Virus record (IMG/VR): IMGVR_UViG_3300050343_000216
Location: 1-64,000 of that record
DNA: 64,000 nucleotides
DNA from: a virus
Direction: 5' to 3' (one strand)
A program made the position numbers and the translations under genes. This document shows, one piece after another, positions 29,722-40,002 of this stretch. Within the stretch, counting starts at the first letter, position 1, and each line of letters opens with the position of its first letter. Under the pieces are notes generated by a model. It was not told the DNA's origin, ran no database searches, and saw only the letters and a list, made by a program, of their open reading frames with translations.

Positions 29722-31218
29722 TTAGAACGTGCCGCCGTCAAGTGTTGTTGTCCAAGAGGCAGACCCTGAAGTGCCCATAGTAAGGAAAGCACCGTTAGAA
29801 CTTGGTTTTACAAGTCGAGTATATCCACCGTTTGATGCAGCACCAATAAGAAGATCCCCTACTGCAGTTGCTGAAATGCCCTTAATTCGCAGGCTAGTTC
29901 CATCCGCCAGTAAAGTAATATTATCGTCATTTACGGCAAGAGTAGTTCCACTCTGGGAAATACCATCGCCCGCAGTAATTGACCCCGCTCCGGAGAATTG
30001 AGCGACTGTAAGATCTGTGCTACCAAGAGTAGGAGTACCATTATGAGTAAATACAAAGCCGCTATCTGAGTTTGTAGTTCCTTCTTCTACGAAAGTAAAG
30101 GTACCTCCAGTAAGTTCTGCTGCTACATTTGCATCTGCCGAACGAGCAGGAGAAGCTCCCGCCGTATAAATACCGTTTTCACTTGCATCCGTCTGATTTT
30201 TTACAAGTACACGATCGCCGTCTGCAAGAGTTACACCATCAAGTGTATCGTTTACATTCAGAGCTGTAGCAATTGTAATATTTGCAGTGGTAGCAACTCG
30301 TACAGAAGCTTTAACCTCTAGACCTGTTTTAACAGCATCTACATATGCTTTTGTGGCAGCGTCTTGAGCGCCTGTTGGATCCGCAACACTTGTAATTCTT
30401 GAAGAGCTCATATCAATCGTAGAAGAGCCCGCAGGATTAAAGGTTATATTACCACTCGCAGTAGTAACTGTTCCGGAAAGAACAGGAGCGGTAAGAGTCT
30501 TGTTCGTAAGAGTTTCCGCACCATCTTGGCTAGTAAGAATTGTACCTGTGGCAGGAAGCGTTAGAGTATTTGAAGCACCTGAGGAGTGTGGAGCAGACTG
30601 CAGAGTCTGTGCATGAGCATTTGTAGATCCACAATAAAATAGAATTTTAGAGTCTGATCCACCATTTTTAAGATCAATAACTCCATTGCTAATTTTTACA
30701 CCACCACTTGAAGTGCTATTATTTCCATCAATATAAACTGCGTCATCTGCATATACATCTTTTGCAAATTTAATCTTTTCTGCAGAGTTAGTAGTATCAA
30801 GAGTAATATAATTATTTGAACCTTCAGAAATTGTAAAAGAGGTTGCAGACCCGTCAAGAATCTTAAACTCAATCGCACCTCCAGTAGAAAAATCAATACT
30901 ACCGGTAGTAGGATCGATAATTAAATCGCCACTTCCAGTAGAAATTGTATTACCGTTAAGAGTAATATTGTCAACAAGCCACTCATTAACTTTCTTATTT
31001 GAGTCAACTTGTACTAACTTACTCGCTTCAACAGTTCCCGCTGCTGCAGGAAATAGACCAACATACTGGTTACCTCCAATTATAGTTACAGCATTTGAAT
31101 TTGCAGGATCTCCGATATAGAGTTTGCCATCCCCTCCAGTAAACGCTAATTCACCGGCATTTAGAGTGCCAGGAGCGGTGCTTCCAGTACTTCTTTTGAT
31201 TTTAATAATTTGAGCCAT
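29722..31218 (-). CDS. Tail fibre/shaft protein
   Basis: N-terminal IKRSTG...GELAF; DAATKAYVD; GDRVLVKNQT...NGIY; C-terminal TLDGGTF. Confidence 0.8.
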   Translation of the reverse strand: MAQIIKIKRSTGSTAPGTLNAGELAFTGGDGKLYIGDPANSNAVTIIGGNQYVGLFPAAAGTVEASKLVQVDSNKKVNEWLVDNITLNGNTISTGSGDLIIDPTTGSIDFSTGGAIEFKILDGSATSFTISEGSNNYITLDTTNSAEKIKFAKDVYADDAVYIDGNNSTSSGGVKISNGVIDLKNGGSDSKILFYCGSTNAHAQTLQSAPHSSGASNTLTLPATGTILTSQDGAETLTNKTLTAPVLSGTVTTASGNITFNPAGSSTIDMSSSRITSVADPTGAQDAATKAYVDAVKTGLEVKASVRVATTANITIATALNVNDTLDGVTLADGDRVLVKNQTDASENGIYTAGASPARSADANVAAELTGGTFTFVEEGTTNSDSGFVFTHNGTPTLGSTDLTVAQFSGAGSITAGDGISQSGTTLAVNDDNITLLADGTSLRIKGISATAVGDLLIGAASNGGYTRLVKPSSNGAFLTMGTSGSASWTTTLDGGTF

Positions 31219-31238
31219 TTATAGTCTCCAAATAAGCC

Positions 31239-31658
31239 TTAAAAGGCTCCGCCGTCAAGTGTATCCGAATCCGGTGAGATGTTTCCTACTATTATAGGAA
31301 CCCACTCAAAGACTCCGCTACTCGTTTCACGGTATACTTTTAATTGATTGTCATCGATATCATACCACGTATCTCCCTCTTCTATGAAACTGCCAGAAGG
31401 GGTTGAGTCACTTCGAAAATTTTGATCTGCAAGCTGCTTTAGAGCAACATCTAAAAATCCTGCAGAAATTGTATTGTATGCACCTACTGACACACTAGAT
31501 GCGTCAATTACACCTGGAACTGCAGTAGGAATAGCAAGAGTATAGGCTTCGATAGTAGTAACATCATCTGTAAGATCGATAGAAATTTGATCCCCTGTTA
31601 CTGTAATATCAGAAACACTTTCTGTTACTTCAATTACTGTAGAAGCAGTTGTGGACAC
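31239..31658 (-). CDS. Fibre adaptor protein
   Basis: EGDTWYD..NQLKVY...W; C-terminal TLDGGAF. Confidence 0.65.
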   Translation of the reverse strand: MSTTASTVIEVTESVSDITVTGDQISIDLTDDVTTIEAYTLAIPTAVPGVIDASSVSVGAYNTISAGFLDVALKQLADQNFRSDSTPSGSFIEEGDTWYDIDDNQLKVYRETSSGVFEWVPIIVGNISPDSDTLDGGAF

Positions 31659-32029
31659 TATCGAGTCACCTCAGGATTAATTGTTGCAGTCCCTTGAATA
31701 ATTCTCTTTACTACTGCGTCACTATTTGTAAAAATTTCTACATCATATACGTATTGTCCTGCGGCAATATTTTTAGACCCATCTCTTGCAGTCCCACCAG
31801 AATCCGTCCAGTTACTATTTGGAAGTTCGACTTTAAGAGAGCCCGCAGAAGCGTTTGTTACTGTAACTTTAAGATAGCCTGCAATCGTAGTAGACGTATG
31901 AGACGAGCGCAGTTGTCCGCGACCTGAGTAATTACTCAGATTTTTAGCAGTTCCCGATTCTTTGATTACTAAGTCAATAGCAAAGTCGGAACCTTGGTCA
32001 ATGAATAAGTTGTAAGTCGCTGCGCTCAT
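31658..32029 (-). CDS. Fibre-attachment/collar protein (BppU N-terminal-like)
   Basis: YNLFIDQGSDF...GQYVYDVEI...RIIQG...PEVTR; first gene after its own promoter. Confidence 0.7.
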   Translation of the reverse strand: MSAATYNLFIDQGSDFAIDLVIKESGTAKNLSNYSGRGQLRSSHTSTTIAGYLKVTVTNASAGSLKVELPNSNWTDSGGTARDGSKNIAAGQYVYDVEIFTNSDAVVKRIIQGTATINPEVTR

Positions 32030-32049
32030 TAAAGTTCTCCTATGATGAA

Positions 32050-32078
32050 ATTATAACAAAGAGGACATTTTATGTCAA
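32050..32078 (-). promoter_or_regulatory. Sigma70 promoter for the fibre operon
   Basis: Minus strand TTGACA-17-TATAAT with an A-rich upstream element. Confidence 0.85.
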
Positions 32079-32096
32079 GTTTTATTTTTTTGGTGG

Positions 32097-35000
32097 TTAT
32101 AGCTTACCAATTCGTACTCTTTCAGCACTACCATCATAAATTCTTATTGAGTTAGAGCTAGTAGTAGTATCAAGCACAATAGAATTTGAGGGCTGATATT
32201 GAGCAGTATTCGTGCTATTAGTAAATTTTAAAGTTCCGCTTGTAAGAACAATCTTACCTGCACTAACATCAGTAGCACTTAAACTATCTCCTCCGATTCC
32301 TGTTACTGATCCTGTTTGACCATTTATGCTTTGTACCGGAGCAAGTCCCGGAGCCTGCGCTTGAATTGCCGCAGTAACTTGAGCTTGAGTATTAAAGGTA
32401 CTATTTGCTTGAGTAGTAGTATATACTCCTAACCCCGCGGGGGTTATCTGGGTATATTTATTAGCAACTGTTACTGCTTGCTGCTGTATTTGGGTAGTAG
32501 TTCCTGAGGATGTCTGTGCTCCTACTTGGGAAGCATTCAAAGAGATTCTTTGAGCTTGTATAGTACCAGTTGTAATATTTGCACCATTTATCTGAGTAGA
32601 TCCTTGCTGTTGCAAATCAGTAAATGTAACAAGTCCAGTAAATCCTACGCCATTATATGTATCCTGTCCAAAACTTAAACTTCCTTGGTCAGACTGTTGA
32701 CCACTTGCATCCCGAGTAGTATCTCCAGCAGGAGCACCATCTGCATTTCTTGCTTCTGCTGCATTCCAACTAGCATACCAATATTGATTAGTGGCTCCCG
32801 CAGTAAAAGTTGGGGCCGTTTCTGCCCATTGCCCTTGTAATCCTACAAAAGCCTGCTGTGTAAAACTATAGTCTTGGGCAGTAGGAACTTGAGGCTTAGT
32901 AGTAGTTGCTTGTTGAAAGTACACATAGCCAGTTTTTTGTCGAAGGCCAATAAGTCCGTCTCCTCCTACCTCTCCGAAACTGGCTGTAAGAATTGGGCCG
33001 TCCCAAGCAGTATCTCCAGAAGTAGTTCCTAGATTAACTGTAGTTTCTGCTCCTGAAGGAATCACTACCTTACTTACTTTCCATAGGTATCGATTCGTTG
33101 CAGTTACACTTGAAGCCACATTTGACCAACTATTTAAAGACTCGCCTGAAGTTGCTGCAATATTCCCTGATGCAAAAGTATAAGTTACTTCTGGACGTGA
33201 AGAAGGGGCTGAAGCACTCGATGTTAATAAGAACATTTCTATTGTAGAAGCCGCATCTCTGCCTGCAATTGATTTTGTTAAAGTTTGTTGAGCTTCAACA
33301 GTTTCTAGTCCCTCCGATGTTTGTACTTTTACTGTATAAGTAATTACTTCAACATCATCAGTAGGATTGCCAGAAGCATGAGAACTATTAATTGCAGTAT
33401 GAGCACCTATAGTAAGTCTACTATTGTCATTATTTGTGGGAGGAGAAATTGTAAGGTCTCCTCCGGCATTTGCAGCACTTACTATATACCACTGCCCGGG
33501 GGTTAAGCCTGAGTCCCCACCACTTCTTCCATATGCATTATTATTCCCCACATACGTAGCACGCGTGCCTCCTTGAAGAACTTCGAAAAATGAACCACTA
33601 CCGAGTATAAGGCCTGTAGTACCTGTTCCTACATTTCCATTTTTATCTGTGGCATAAGTATGAGCAGAGTTAGCTATATGCACTACTACTCCTCCCGTAC
33701 CGCTTTTAACGCCTACGAGTGAAATACTGTCTGTACCTTCAATAGTTGTAGGAGCTGTTCCGCTACTCCAACTAGAGGGCTTTTCTCCTACTTCTATTTG
33801 AAGATTAACAGGCCAATCGCTCTGGTCAAAAGTAGCTGAAGGAGTATATTTATAAGGTAATAAATATCCCAATCCAGGCACTTGATTGCCGCCTCCATCA
33901 AAAGTATCAGTCCAGTTTTGTACGACTGTACTAGTTCCTCCTACTGTTTTTGTAAGTTTGAAAATTGGAGTTGTAAAATTAAGGTACGCAAGATTAAAAT
34001 ATATTTTATCGTCTGCACTAAGTCCCCAATTAGATCTTGCATAATCATTAAAATGAGGACTTGCCCCATTTGCATTATATAGAATAGTATAATCTTCAGC
34101 CATTAGTCTTACTGATTTTCCAGATAATCCTATTGAACCATCTTTTGTTTTAAAAATTCTAAGTGTTTTTGTTATACTCTTGGCAGAGTTGTTAGGGTCA
34201 TTCTTTTCTCTTACTTCAACAGTAAACTCTAAAGTTGCACCATTATTCCAAGCAATAGCAGAATTGTTATGAATTTGTTTAATAAATCTACCATCAGTAC
34301 CAGTGACAAAACTACTATCTGCACTTCCGGAAGTAGAAGCAAAGCCTGTACCTGTAATTTTAAACTCGGGTAGAGTGAAGTTCAGTCCTGTTGCAGTAAT
34401 AGTAATACTACTATATGTAGGAGTATATTGAGTTTCATCACTTTTATATTGAAGAGAGGAAATATTAGTATCTACTACAAGATCTCTTGGTTTAGTAAGA
34501 TCCGGGTCTAAAACTAAAAAGCTTTGATAAGCTCCAGTGGCTCCATTAAGACTTCCTGCAAGAAAATCATTTGAAAAATCAGGAGAAAGAGAATCTTTAT
34601 AGAAAGTTTTATTCGAAACAGCAATATCAAATACTCTATCGATATATAATACTGTGTCACTTTCTACATATGCAATTTTTGCAGCTCTTTCTCTTTGGTT
34701 GGCTGGACCTGAATCTACCTCAAATTTTAAAACATTTGTCAAAGCATAGGCGGACCCTGTGAATGAAGTATTTACTCCAGTTACTTTATTTGAACCCGCC
34801 GGAATACTAATAGTACCATTTACTTGACTCCAGATACTTGGATTTGAGTAAATAGCACTTCCTCCGCCCGCTACTGCAGCCGCATTTAAGTCTATCTTAG
34901 ACTGTTCAATTTCGTCATACCAATAGTCAATATCTAAATCTTCATCGAACTTATAGTTTGCAAGTTTAACAGTGCTACTATAGTAATCTACAAATACATA

Positions 35001-38000
35001 TGCTGTTTTGGAGTTATCCTTTAAGGGTTTATAATCTATAGGCCAAGTAGAAAAAGCTCTTGAACTAGAAGAGTCATCTGTATAGGCATAGAAATAAACA
35101 GGAGAGTTCTCAAATTGAAAATTATAAGTTGGAGTACTCGTATCGTGTGTTATAGCCACAGGAGCACTTACATAGCCACCTTTTACTAATCCATAAATTC
35201 GAGCAAAGTTTCCTCCAAAAATATCTTCTATAATGACTTCTGCTGATACTGCTGCCGATTTTTTTCCGTCCTCAGTAATTGATTTAACTCTAAATGTATA
35301 CTGACCGTCCGGAACATTATCAAAAGAATAAGAAGTAGTAGGAGTTAAATTACTAGACGGGTATCCTGGAATATTTGATTCAAACTCATACTGAGTTATA
35401 TACTCTGCAAAAGTTTCTGTAATTGCAGGCGGATCCCAAACTACTATAATCTCCTCCCCTGGGATATTAAACTTAGGGGTTCTTAGCACACGGATATTTT
35501 TAGGTGCAGGTATTTTAGACCCTGGAGTTATAGGAGGCCGTACAGGATCATCTATAGCGAGAGTGAAATTATTATCAACAGCATCAAACTTACTTTCATA
35601 GTACTCGACTGCAGTAATTCCAAAAGTATTGTCATTCTCTATAGAAATTGCTAAAATTTTGTACTCTTTTGGGGATACTGCAGATTCTACGGAGTCCTTT
35701 ATGCCCCAGATATTTCCTAGCTCTATAGGTGCGCTTGCGTAGGGAAGAGTCACTGTAATTTTATTAGTACTTGAATCAACCGCAGTAATAACGCAATCAT
35801 GTACTACACTTTCTTTACCATATTGAAGAGAGAGCATATTTCCGGAATCATCATATGCATTGTTTATTTTACTTAAAATTTCAGTCTCGGTTCCAGTAAA
35901 AGATACTGAAGTTCCATCTTCATCAGGAGCAGCAGATACTACATCTCCTCTAGTGTAAGCGGTACTCCCAATCGTGGCAGATGCTTGGCCCAAGACAACT
36001 TTATCATCAATAATTAAAGTAGAAAGTAAATCATCGGTAGTAGGATATGATCCCGTTGCACCGCTCTGCGCATTTCTATCTAGGGTTAGCTCCATGCTAG
36101 TTGAGCTAAGACTATTTACTCCTGTAATTCTTCCGCTTGCTCGGTAGTTAAAGTCATGATTATCCTGAATAGTAATTATATCTCCAGGAGCTAAAAATGC
36201 TGCATTTATTGCACTTTTAAAAGATACAAGTTCAGTTTGATTAATTGCAGTCCATAATTTCCATCGGCCATAGCGAACTGCTTGACCCTCTGAAGTACAC
36301 CCGAATGCATTAGCATTTTCTTTAATAATCTTACCTGTTCGAATAATATTTTCGCGATCTTCAACAATGACAGGTTCAAGTTTATAATCAGTTTTAGGAT
36401 TATTCCAAGAAACAATTACTTGATTTGCTCTAGTTTTTGACCCTGTACTTTGGTACTCGAAAGCGCCCTCTATAACATTACTTCGATTAAAAGCATACAC
36501 AGGGGACTTCTTTTCATCCATAATTGGAACTAGCTTTCCGTCCATCCAATATAGCATACCTCTAAATATAGTTGACATATCTTTAAGAACTTTAAAAACA
36601 TCTGCTGCTTTTTGAAAATAAAGATTTGCTCTAAATCTAGGCTCTAATCCGCCCTTACCATCAGGAACTAACTCATCTGAATACCTTGCAATTCTATATA
36701 AAGAATAAATGTCAATATCCACATTTCGAGCTGTTGCGGGATCTTCTTTAAGGAATTCTCCTATACCATAGCGATTATTTGTAAGAATATCATAGAAAAT
36801 CCAAGCAGGATTATCTGTATATACCTTTCCCTCTCGAAAAGTTCCATTAAATAACTCATCGTATAAATCGTCAACATTTTTATAAGAACCATCAGTATTT
36901 AATCCCAGCTCTTCTCTTGTAGTATAGTTGTGAGGAACTTTTACTTTAAGACCAAAACAGTCATAGGTTCTTGAAGGGGTATTTGGAAATTGTTTGGAAT
37001 TAAAGGTTACATTTGCTACGGCAGTATAAGGAAAGTTTAATTTTTCTTTTATTACTCCAAACGCAGTTTCAATACCCCCGGACTGAACTGCTTGCCACTT
37101 ATCTACGTCAGAGCCTCTCCAAGTAAGATCAGGATAGGTATGCCCTCGACCTGTTTGAGTATCTGTGAAATTTTCACTTTCTGTGATTCGTGTAATTTCT
37201 AATTTGAATCCTGCAAAAGGCTGGAATGGTTCCAGATTAATAGAGTGAGTGAAGTTTACAGCACTTGTATACTTTCCTCCGTGCTTAAATAAACCTCTAC
37301 CTGCCGCTACCTTAGACGACCAGTTACTATAGTTAGTTGCTTGACTTAAATTACTAATTAAATTACTTGTAATTCTTCCATTACCGGAAAGGAATCCTTG
37401 ACTTTCCCACCCATAGCCATTTCCTTGAGTATTTGTTTGAATAAAAAGTTCTATAACATAGCCCGCACCTGCATCCTCTTTTGTTCCTTTTTCTGTATTT
37501 GTTAGATATAGTCCCCCGGGATACTTAAAATTTAGTTGAACTAAATCTATTTCTCCAGAATTGGGGTTAGCTTCAATAATACTTGCAGTAGTGCCTATAT
37601 TAAGTGTAGTAACATTTGCAACTGAAAGAGTAGTTGTACTTGAGCCGACTCCTTGTAAAGTTTCAATTGGATTTTGATCCATTGTACCAGGTCTAAATTG
37701 GTATCCAGAAGAATCATATTTACGATTATAGGGATTATTTCCGTCAGAGTTACTAACCGGAGCAGAAATGCTAAAAGATTTATTGGAAAAAGTTAAGGGA
37801 AGATTACTATCTAAAGTAATAGATCCACTGGAAGAAATTGAAGAAATTCCTTTTGTTAAACTAATATTTAGCACTAGATCGGCCGTTTCTAACCAATCCA
37901 ATTGGTCAAGTCCAAATACTCTATTTACATATATTTTTACGGTATTATTAGTTTGATTAACTTCTTCTACCCAGCCAGCAATTTCTCTATCATCATCTCC

Positions 38001-38555
38001 TGTAATTACTGCCCAGCCTTTTCCGTCTTGAAGGGCTCGCTCCTGAAACCACCCATTAGACCTGTTAGCCTGACCATATGCAATAGCTGTCGGCAAATCA
38101 GTTCCTGTATATGTTAATTGAATCAAAATACCTGTAGGAATAGCTCCCACTGTATCATAAGCAGCACTAACTCCTGCTGTACTATTATGAGTAAGCTCAG
38201 AGGACGTTTTATTATATAAATCATGAATAAGTATAAATTGAGTATCTACAACTCCTGGGTCATAGGAGTAAGAATTGTCTTCCCAATCCTTAACAGTAAT
38301 AGTAGTTGTACCAGAAGTTCCAGATATAGTTTCGCCTCCAACAGGAACATAGCCAACTTCATTATCTTCAAAAATTGCATCATTATTCAGAAAAACACTT
38401 TTTCCGCCTTTCGCAAGTCCTAAAATTGGCCCTTCTGATATAATATCTGTAATCGATATTACTTGTTCAGTACTCCCATACACAACATTATTCAGAGCAT
38501 TATTTTTAGGAAATGCTGAACGTCTATCTGCTCCTGTTATTGATTTAGATGCCAT
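32097..38555 (-). CDS. Central tail tip/host-specificity protein (lambda gpJ-like), 2152 aa
   Basis: DIISEGPI.GL, YPGGL, TDNPAWIFYD.LTNNRYG, EPRF, AFGCTSEGQA.R.GRW, FN3 domain, long variable C-terminus. Confidence 0.9.
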   Translation of the reverse strand: MASKSITGADRRSAFPKNNALNNVVYGSTEQVISITDIISEGPILGLAKGGKSVFLNNDAIFEDNEVGYVPVGGETISGTSGTTTITVKDWEDNSYSYDPGVVDTQFILIHDLYNKTSSELTHNSTAGVSAAYDTVGAIPTGILIQLTYTGTDLPTAIAYGQANRSNGWFQERALQDGKGWAVITGDDDREIAGWVEEVNQTNNTVKIYVNRVFGLDQLDWLETADLVLNISLTKGISSISSSGSITLDSNLPLTFSNKSFSISAPVSNSDGNNPYNRKYDSSGYQFRPGTMDQNPIETLQGVGSSTTTLSVANVTTLNIGTTASIIEANPNSGEIDLVQLNFKYPGGLYLTNTEKGTKEDAGAGYVIELFIQTNTQGNGYGWESQGFLSGNGRITSNLISNLSQATNYSNWSSKVAAGRGLFKHGGKYTSAVNFTHSINLEPFQPFAGFKLEITRITESENFTDTQTGRGHTYPDLTWRGSDVDKWQAVQSGGIETAFGVIKEKLNFPYTAVANVTFNSKQFPNTPSRTYDCFGLKVKVPHNYTTREELGLNTDGSYKNVDDLYDELFNGTFREGKVYTDNPAWIFYDILTNNRYGIGEFLKEDPATARNVDIDIYSLYRIARYSDELVPDGKGGLEPRFRANLYFQKAADVFKVLKDMSTIFRGMLYWMDGKLVPIMDEKKSPVYAFNRSNVIEGAFEYQSTGSKTRANQVIVSWNNPKTDYKLEPVIVEDRENIIRTGKIIKENANAFGCTSEGQAVRYGRWKLWTAINQTELVSFKSAINAAFLAPGDIITIQDNHDFNYRASGRITGVNSLSSTSMELTLDRNAQSGATGSYPTTDDLLSTLIIDDKVVLGQASATIGSTAYTRGDVVSAAPDEDGTSVSFTGTETEILSKINNAYDDSGNMLSLQYGKESVVHDCVITAVDSSTNKITVTLPYASAPIELGNIWGIKDSVESAVSPKEYKILAISIENDNTFGITAVEYYESKFDAVDNNFTLAIDDPVRPPITPGSKIPAPKNIRVLRTPKFNIPGEEIIVVWDPPAITETFAEYITQYEFESNIPGYPSSNLTPTTSYSFDNVPDGQYTFRVKSITEDGKKSAAVSAEVIIEDIFGGNFARIYGLVKGGYVSAPVAITHDTSTPTYNFQFENSPVYFYAYTDDSSSSRAFSTWPIDYKPLKDNSKTAYVFVDYYSSTVKLANYKFDEDLDIDYWYDEIEQSKIDLNAAAVAGGGSAIYSNPSIWSQVNGTISIPAGSNKVTGVNTSFTGSAYALTNVLKFEVDSGPANQRERAAKIAYVESDTVLYIDRVFDIAVSNKTFYKDSLSPDFSNDFLAGSLNGATGAYQSFLVLDPDLTKPRDLVVDTNISSLQYKSDETQYTPTYSSITITATGLNFTLPEFKITGTGFASTSGSADSSFVTGTDGRFIKQIHNNSAIAWNNGATLEFTVEVREKNDPNNSAKSITKTLRIFKTKDGSIGLSGKSVRLMAEDYTILYNANGASPHFNDYARSNWGLSADDKIYFNLAYLNFTTPIFKLTKTVGGTSTVVQNWTDTFDGGGNQVPGLGYLLPYKYTPSATFDQSDWPVNLQIEVGEKPSSWSSGTAPTTIEGTDSISLVGVKSGTGGVVVHIANSAHTYATDKNGNVGTGTTGLILGSGSFFEVLQGGTRATYVGNNNAYGRSGGDSGLTPGQWYIVSAANAGGDLTISPPTNNDNSRLTIGAHTAINSSHASGNPTDDVEVITYTVKVQTSEGLETVEAQQTLTKSIAGRDAASTIEMFLLTSSASAPSSRPEVTYTFASGNIAATSGESLNSWSNVASSVTATNRYLWKVSKVVIPSGAETTVNLGTTSGDTAWDGPILTASFGEVGGDGLIGLRQKTGYVYFQQATTTKPQVPTAQDYSFTQQAFVGLQGQWAETAPTFTAGATNQYWYASWNAAEARNADGAPAGDTTRDASGQQSDQGSLSFGQDTYNGVGFTGLVTFTDLQQQGSTQINGANITTGTIQAQRISLNASQVGAQTSSGTTTQIQQQAVTVANKYTQITPAGLGVYTTTQANSTFNTQAQVTAAIQAQAPGLAPVQSINGQTGSVTGIGGDSLSATDVSAGKIVLTSGTLKFTNSTNTAQYQPSNSIVLDTTTSSNSIRIYDGSAERVRIGKL

Positions 38556-38573
38556 TAAAAATTACTCCTATAC

Positions 38574-39308
38574 CTACTTATTGGAAGGATTTGAGCCCTG
38601 ACCCGACCATCCGTCCCCTTGACCCCTGCCGGGTATAAAGGTACCATTTGAACCATATGTTGCACTAGCCCCCGCGATTTCAAAACTTACGGGCATGCCC
38701 GGCACCCTAAGCCTACCATATAAAACCGGCACAGGGTCTCCTTCAATAATATTTTGCTCTGCCCCATTAAATAAGTAAGACTGCTCTTGGTCACCGTCTG
38801 TAGAGGGATCCGGAGCCATCATCTGTGTAATTCCAGCTATTGCTAAATTAGTCGCCATTCCTAGAGCAGCTGTAGCAGCAACCTGGGCAAGCGTTCCCGC
38901 CTGTCCCGCAAGTACAGTTCCAAGGGTATGTGAAACCGTAGGAGCGTATCCTCCTACAGCTTGCCCAGTATATGTAAGCATGCCTGGGACATAGATTGCT
39001 ACAACTACTAAAGCTATCGCTGCAAGAATTTTTGCAGGACCACTTTTAGCTCCGGCAGGAATAGGAGTTACTATAATATCTCCCTCTTTTAACTCTAAGA
39101 GCAACTCCCGAGGATCTTCAAGTTCATTTCCAGCTACATCAATATGAAATCCTATGCCTTCTTCTTGTTTTTCTAAAATATATTGTTTAAAGTTTGGAAA
39201 GTTCCCATTGAGGCACTGAAAAACTTCTGCTACGGTTTCTGCTTTCATGTGTATATGAGGAATAAACTTATCCCCCAACTCTCCTTCAAAATATACATTA
39301 CGCATCAT
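38574..39308 (-). CDS. Tail assembly protein (lambda gpI-like)
   Basis: Ubiquitin-like N-terminus GELG.KF; SYLFNGAEQNIIEGDPVPVLYGRL. Confidence 0.85.
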   Translation of the reverse strand: MMRNVYFEGELGDKFIPHIHMKAETVAEVFQCLNGNFPNFKQYILEKQEEGIGFHIDVAGNELEDPRELLLELKEGDIIVTPIPAGAKSGPAKILAAIALVVVAIYVPGMLTYTGQAVGGYAPTVSHTLGTVLAGQAGTLAQVAATAALGMATNLAIAGITQMMAPDPSTDGDQEQSYLFNGAEQNIIEGDPVPVLYGRLRVPGMPVSFEIAGASATYGSNGTFIPGRGQGDGWSGQGSNPSNK

Positions 39309-40002
39309 ATCTATAAGCCTTGTCTAAATAGTGTATCCAAAAAGGATACAAGTTTTCTCTGCATGAAAGTCTTTGTTCTGCATGGTGATAAAAAGTATCA
39401 TTCCCTAAAAATACTCCGCAATGGTTAGTAATATCTGATCTAACCTTGAAAGTAATTACATCATTTTTTTGTAGATCTTTAAGAGGGACTTCACTGCACC
39501 CCCAATCTTTTATAAGCTCTGGTCGAAAATAATCTAAACCTTTCTTAAACCAATTATCTTCGAATAAAACTCTAGGAGGGATTACTATACCTTGTTCAAT
39601 TAAATAATCCCTTGCGGCTTCAAAACAGTCTCTAACTCCAAACTTATACTCTCTGCCATATAAATCTGTTAAATCTTTTTTTGGCTGTACTACATTTAGG
39701 TCCATATCCGGATATGAAAAAATATAGTAAGGAATACCTAAACTATTACAGTACGAAATATCGCTTTCACTTGCTTCAGAGGTACCGTCTGGGTGACTAT
39801 GTACAATACCAATAATATCCGAAGTTCTATGTATCTTTAAATACTCAGTAGAATCTAAAATAAACTCTTCGTCTACCTCTGCCACATTTGTACATGGAAA
39901 CCATTTTCGTTTACCTTTTTGTACTGCTACTATTCCACACCCTTCTTTTGGGTACTCTGCTTCAAAATGCTCTTTTATTTCTTGAAAAAAGTTTTGTATC
40001 AT
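39298..40002 (-). CDS. Tail tip protein K-like (JAB/MPN and NlpC/P60)
   Basis: YPKEGCG, VHSHPD...S.SD; FGVRDCF; NHCGVF. Confidence 0.9.
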   Translation of the reverse strand: MIQNFFQEIKEHFEAEYPKEGCGIVAVQKGKRKWFPCTNVAEVDEEFILDSTEYLKIHRTSDIIGIVHSHPDGTSEASESDISYCNSLGIPYYIFSYPDMDLNVVQPKKDLTDLYGREYKFGVRDCFEAARDYLIEQGIVIPPRVLFEDNWFKKGLDYFRPELIKDWGCSEVPLKDLQKNDVITFKVRSDITNHCGVFLGNDTFYHHAEQRLSCRENLYPFWIHYLDKAYRYDA

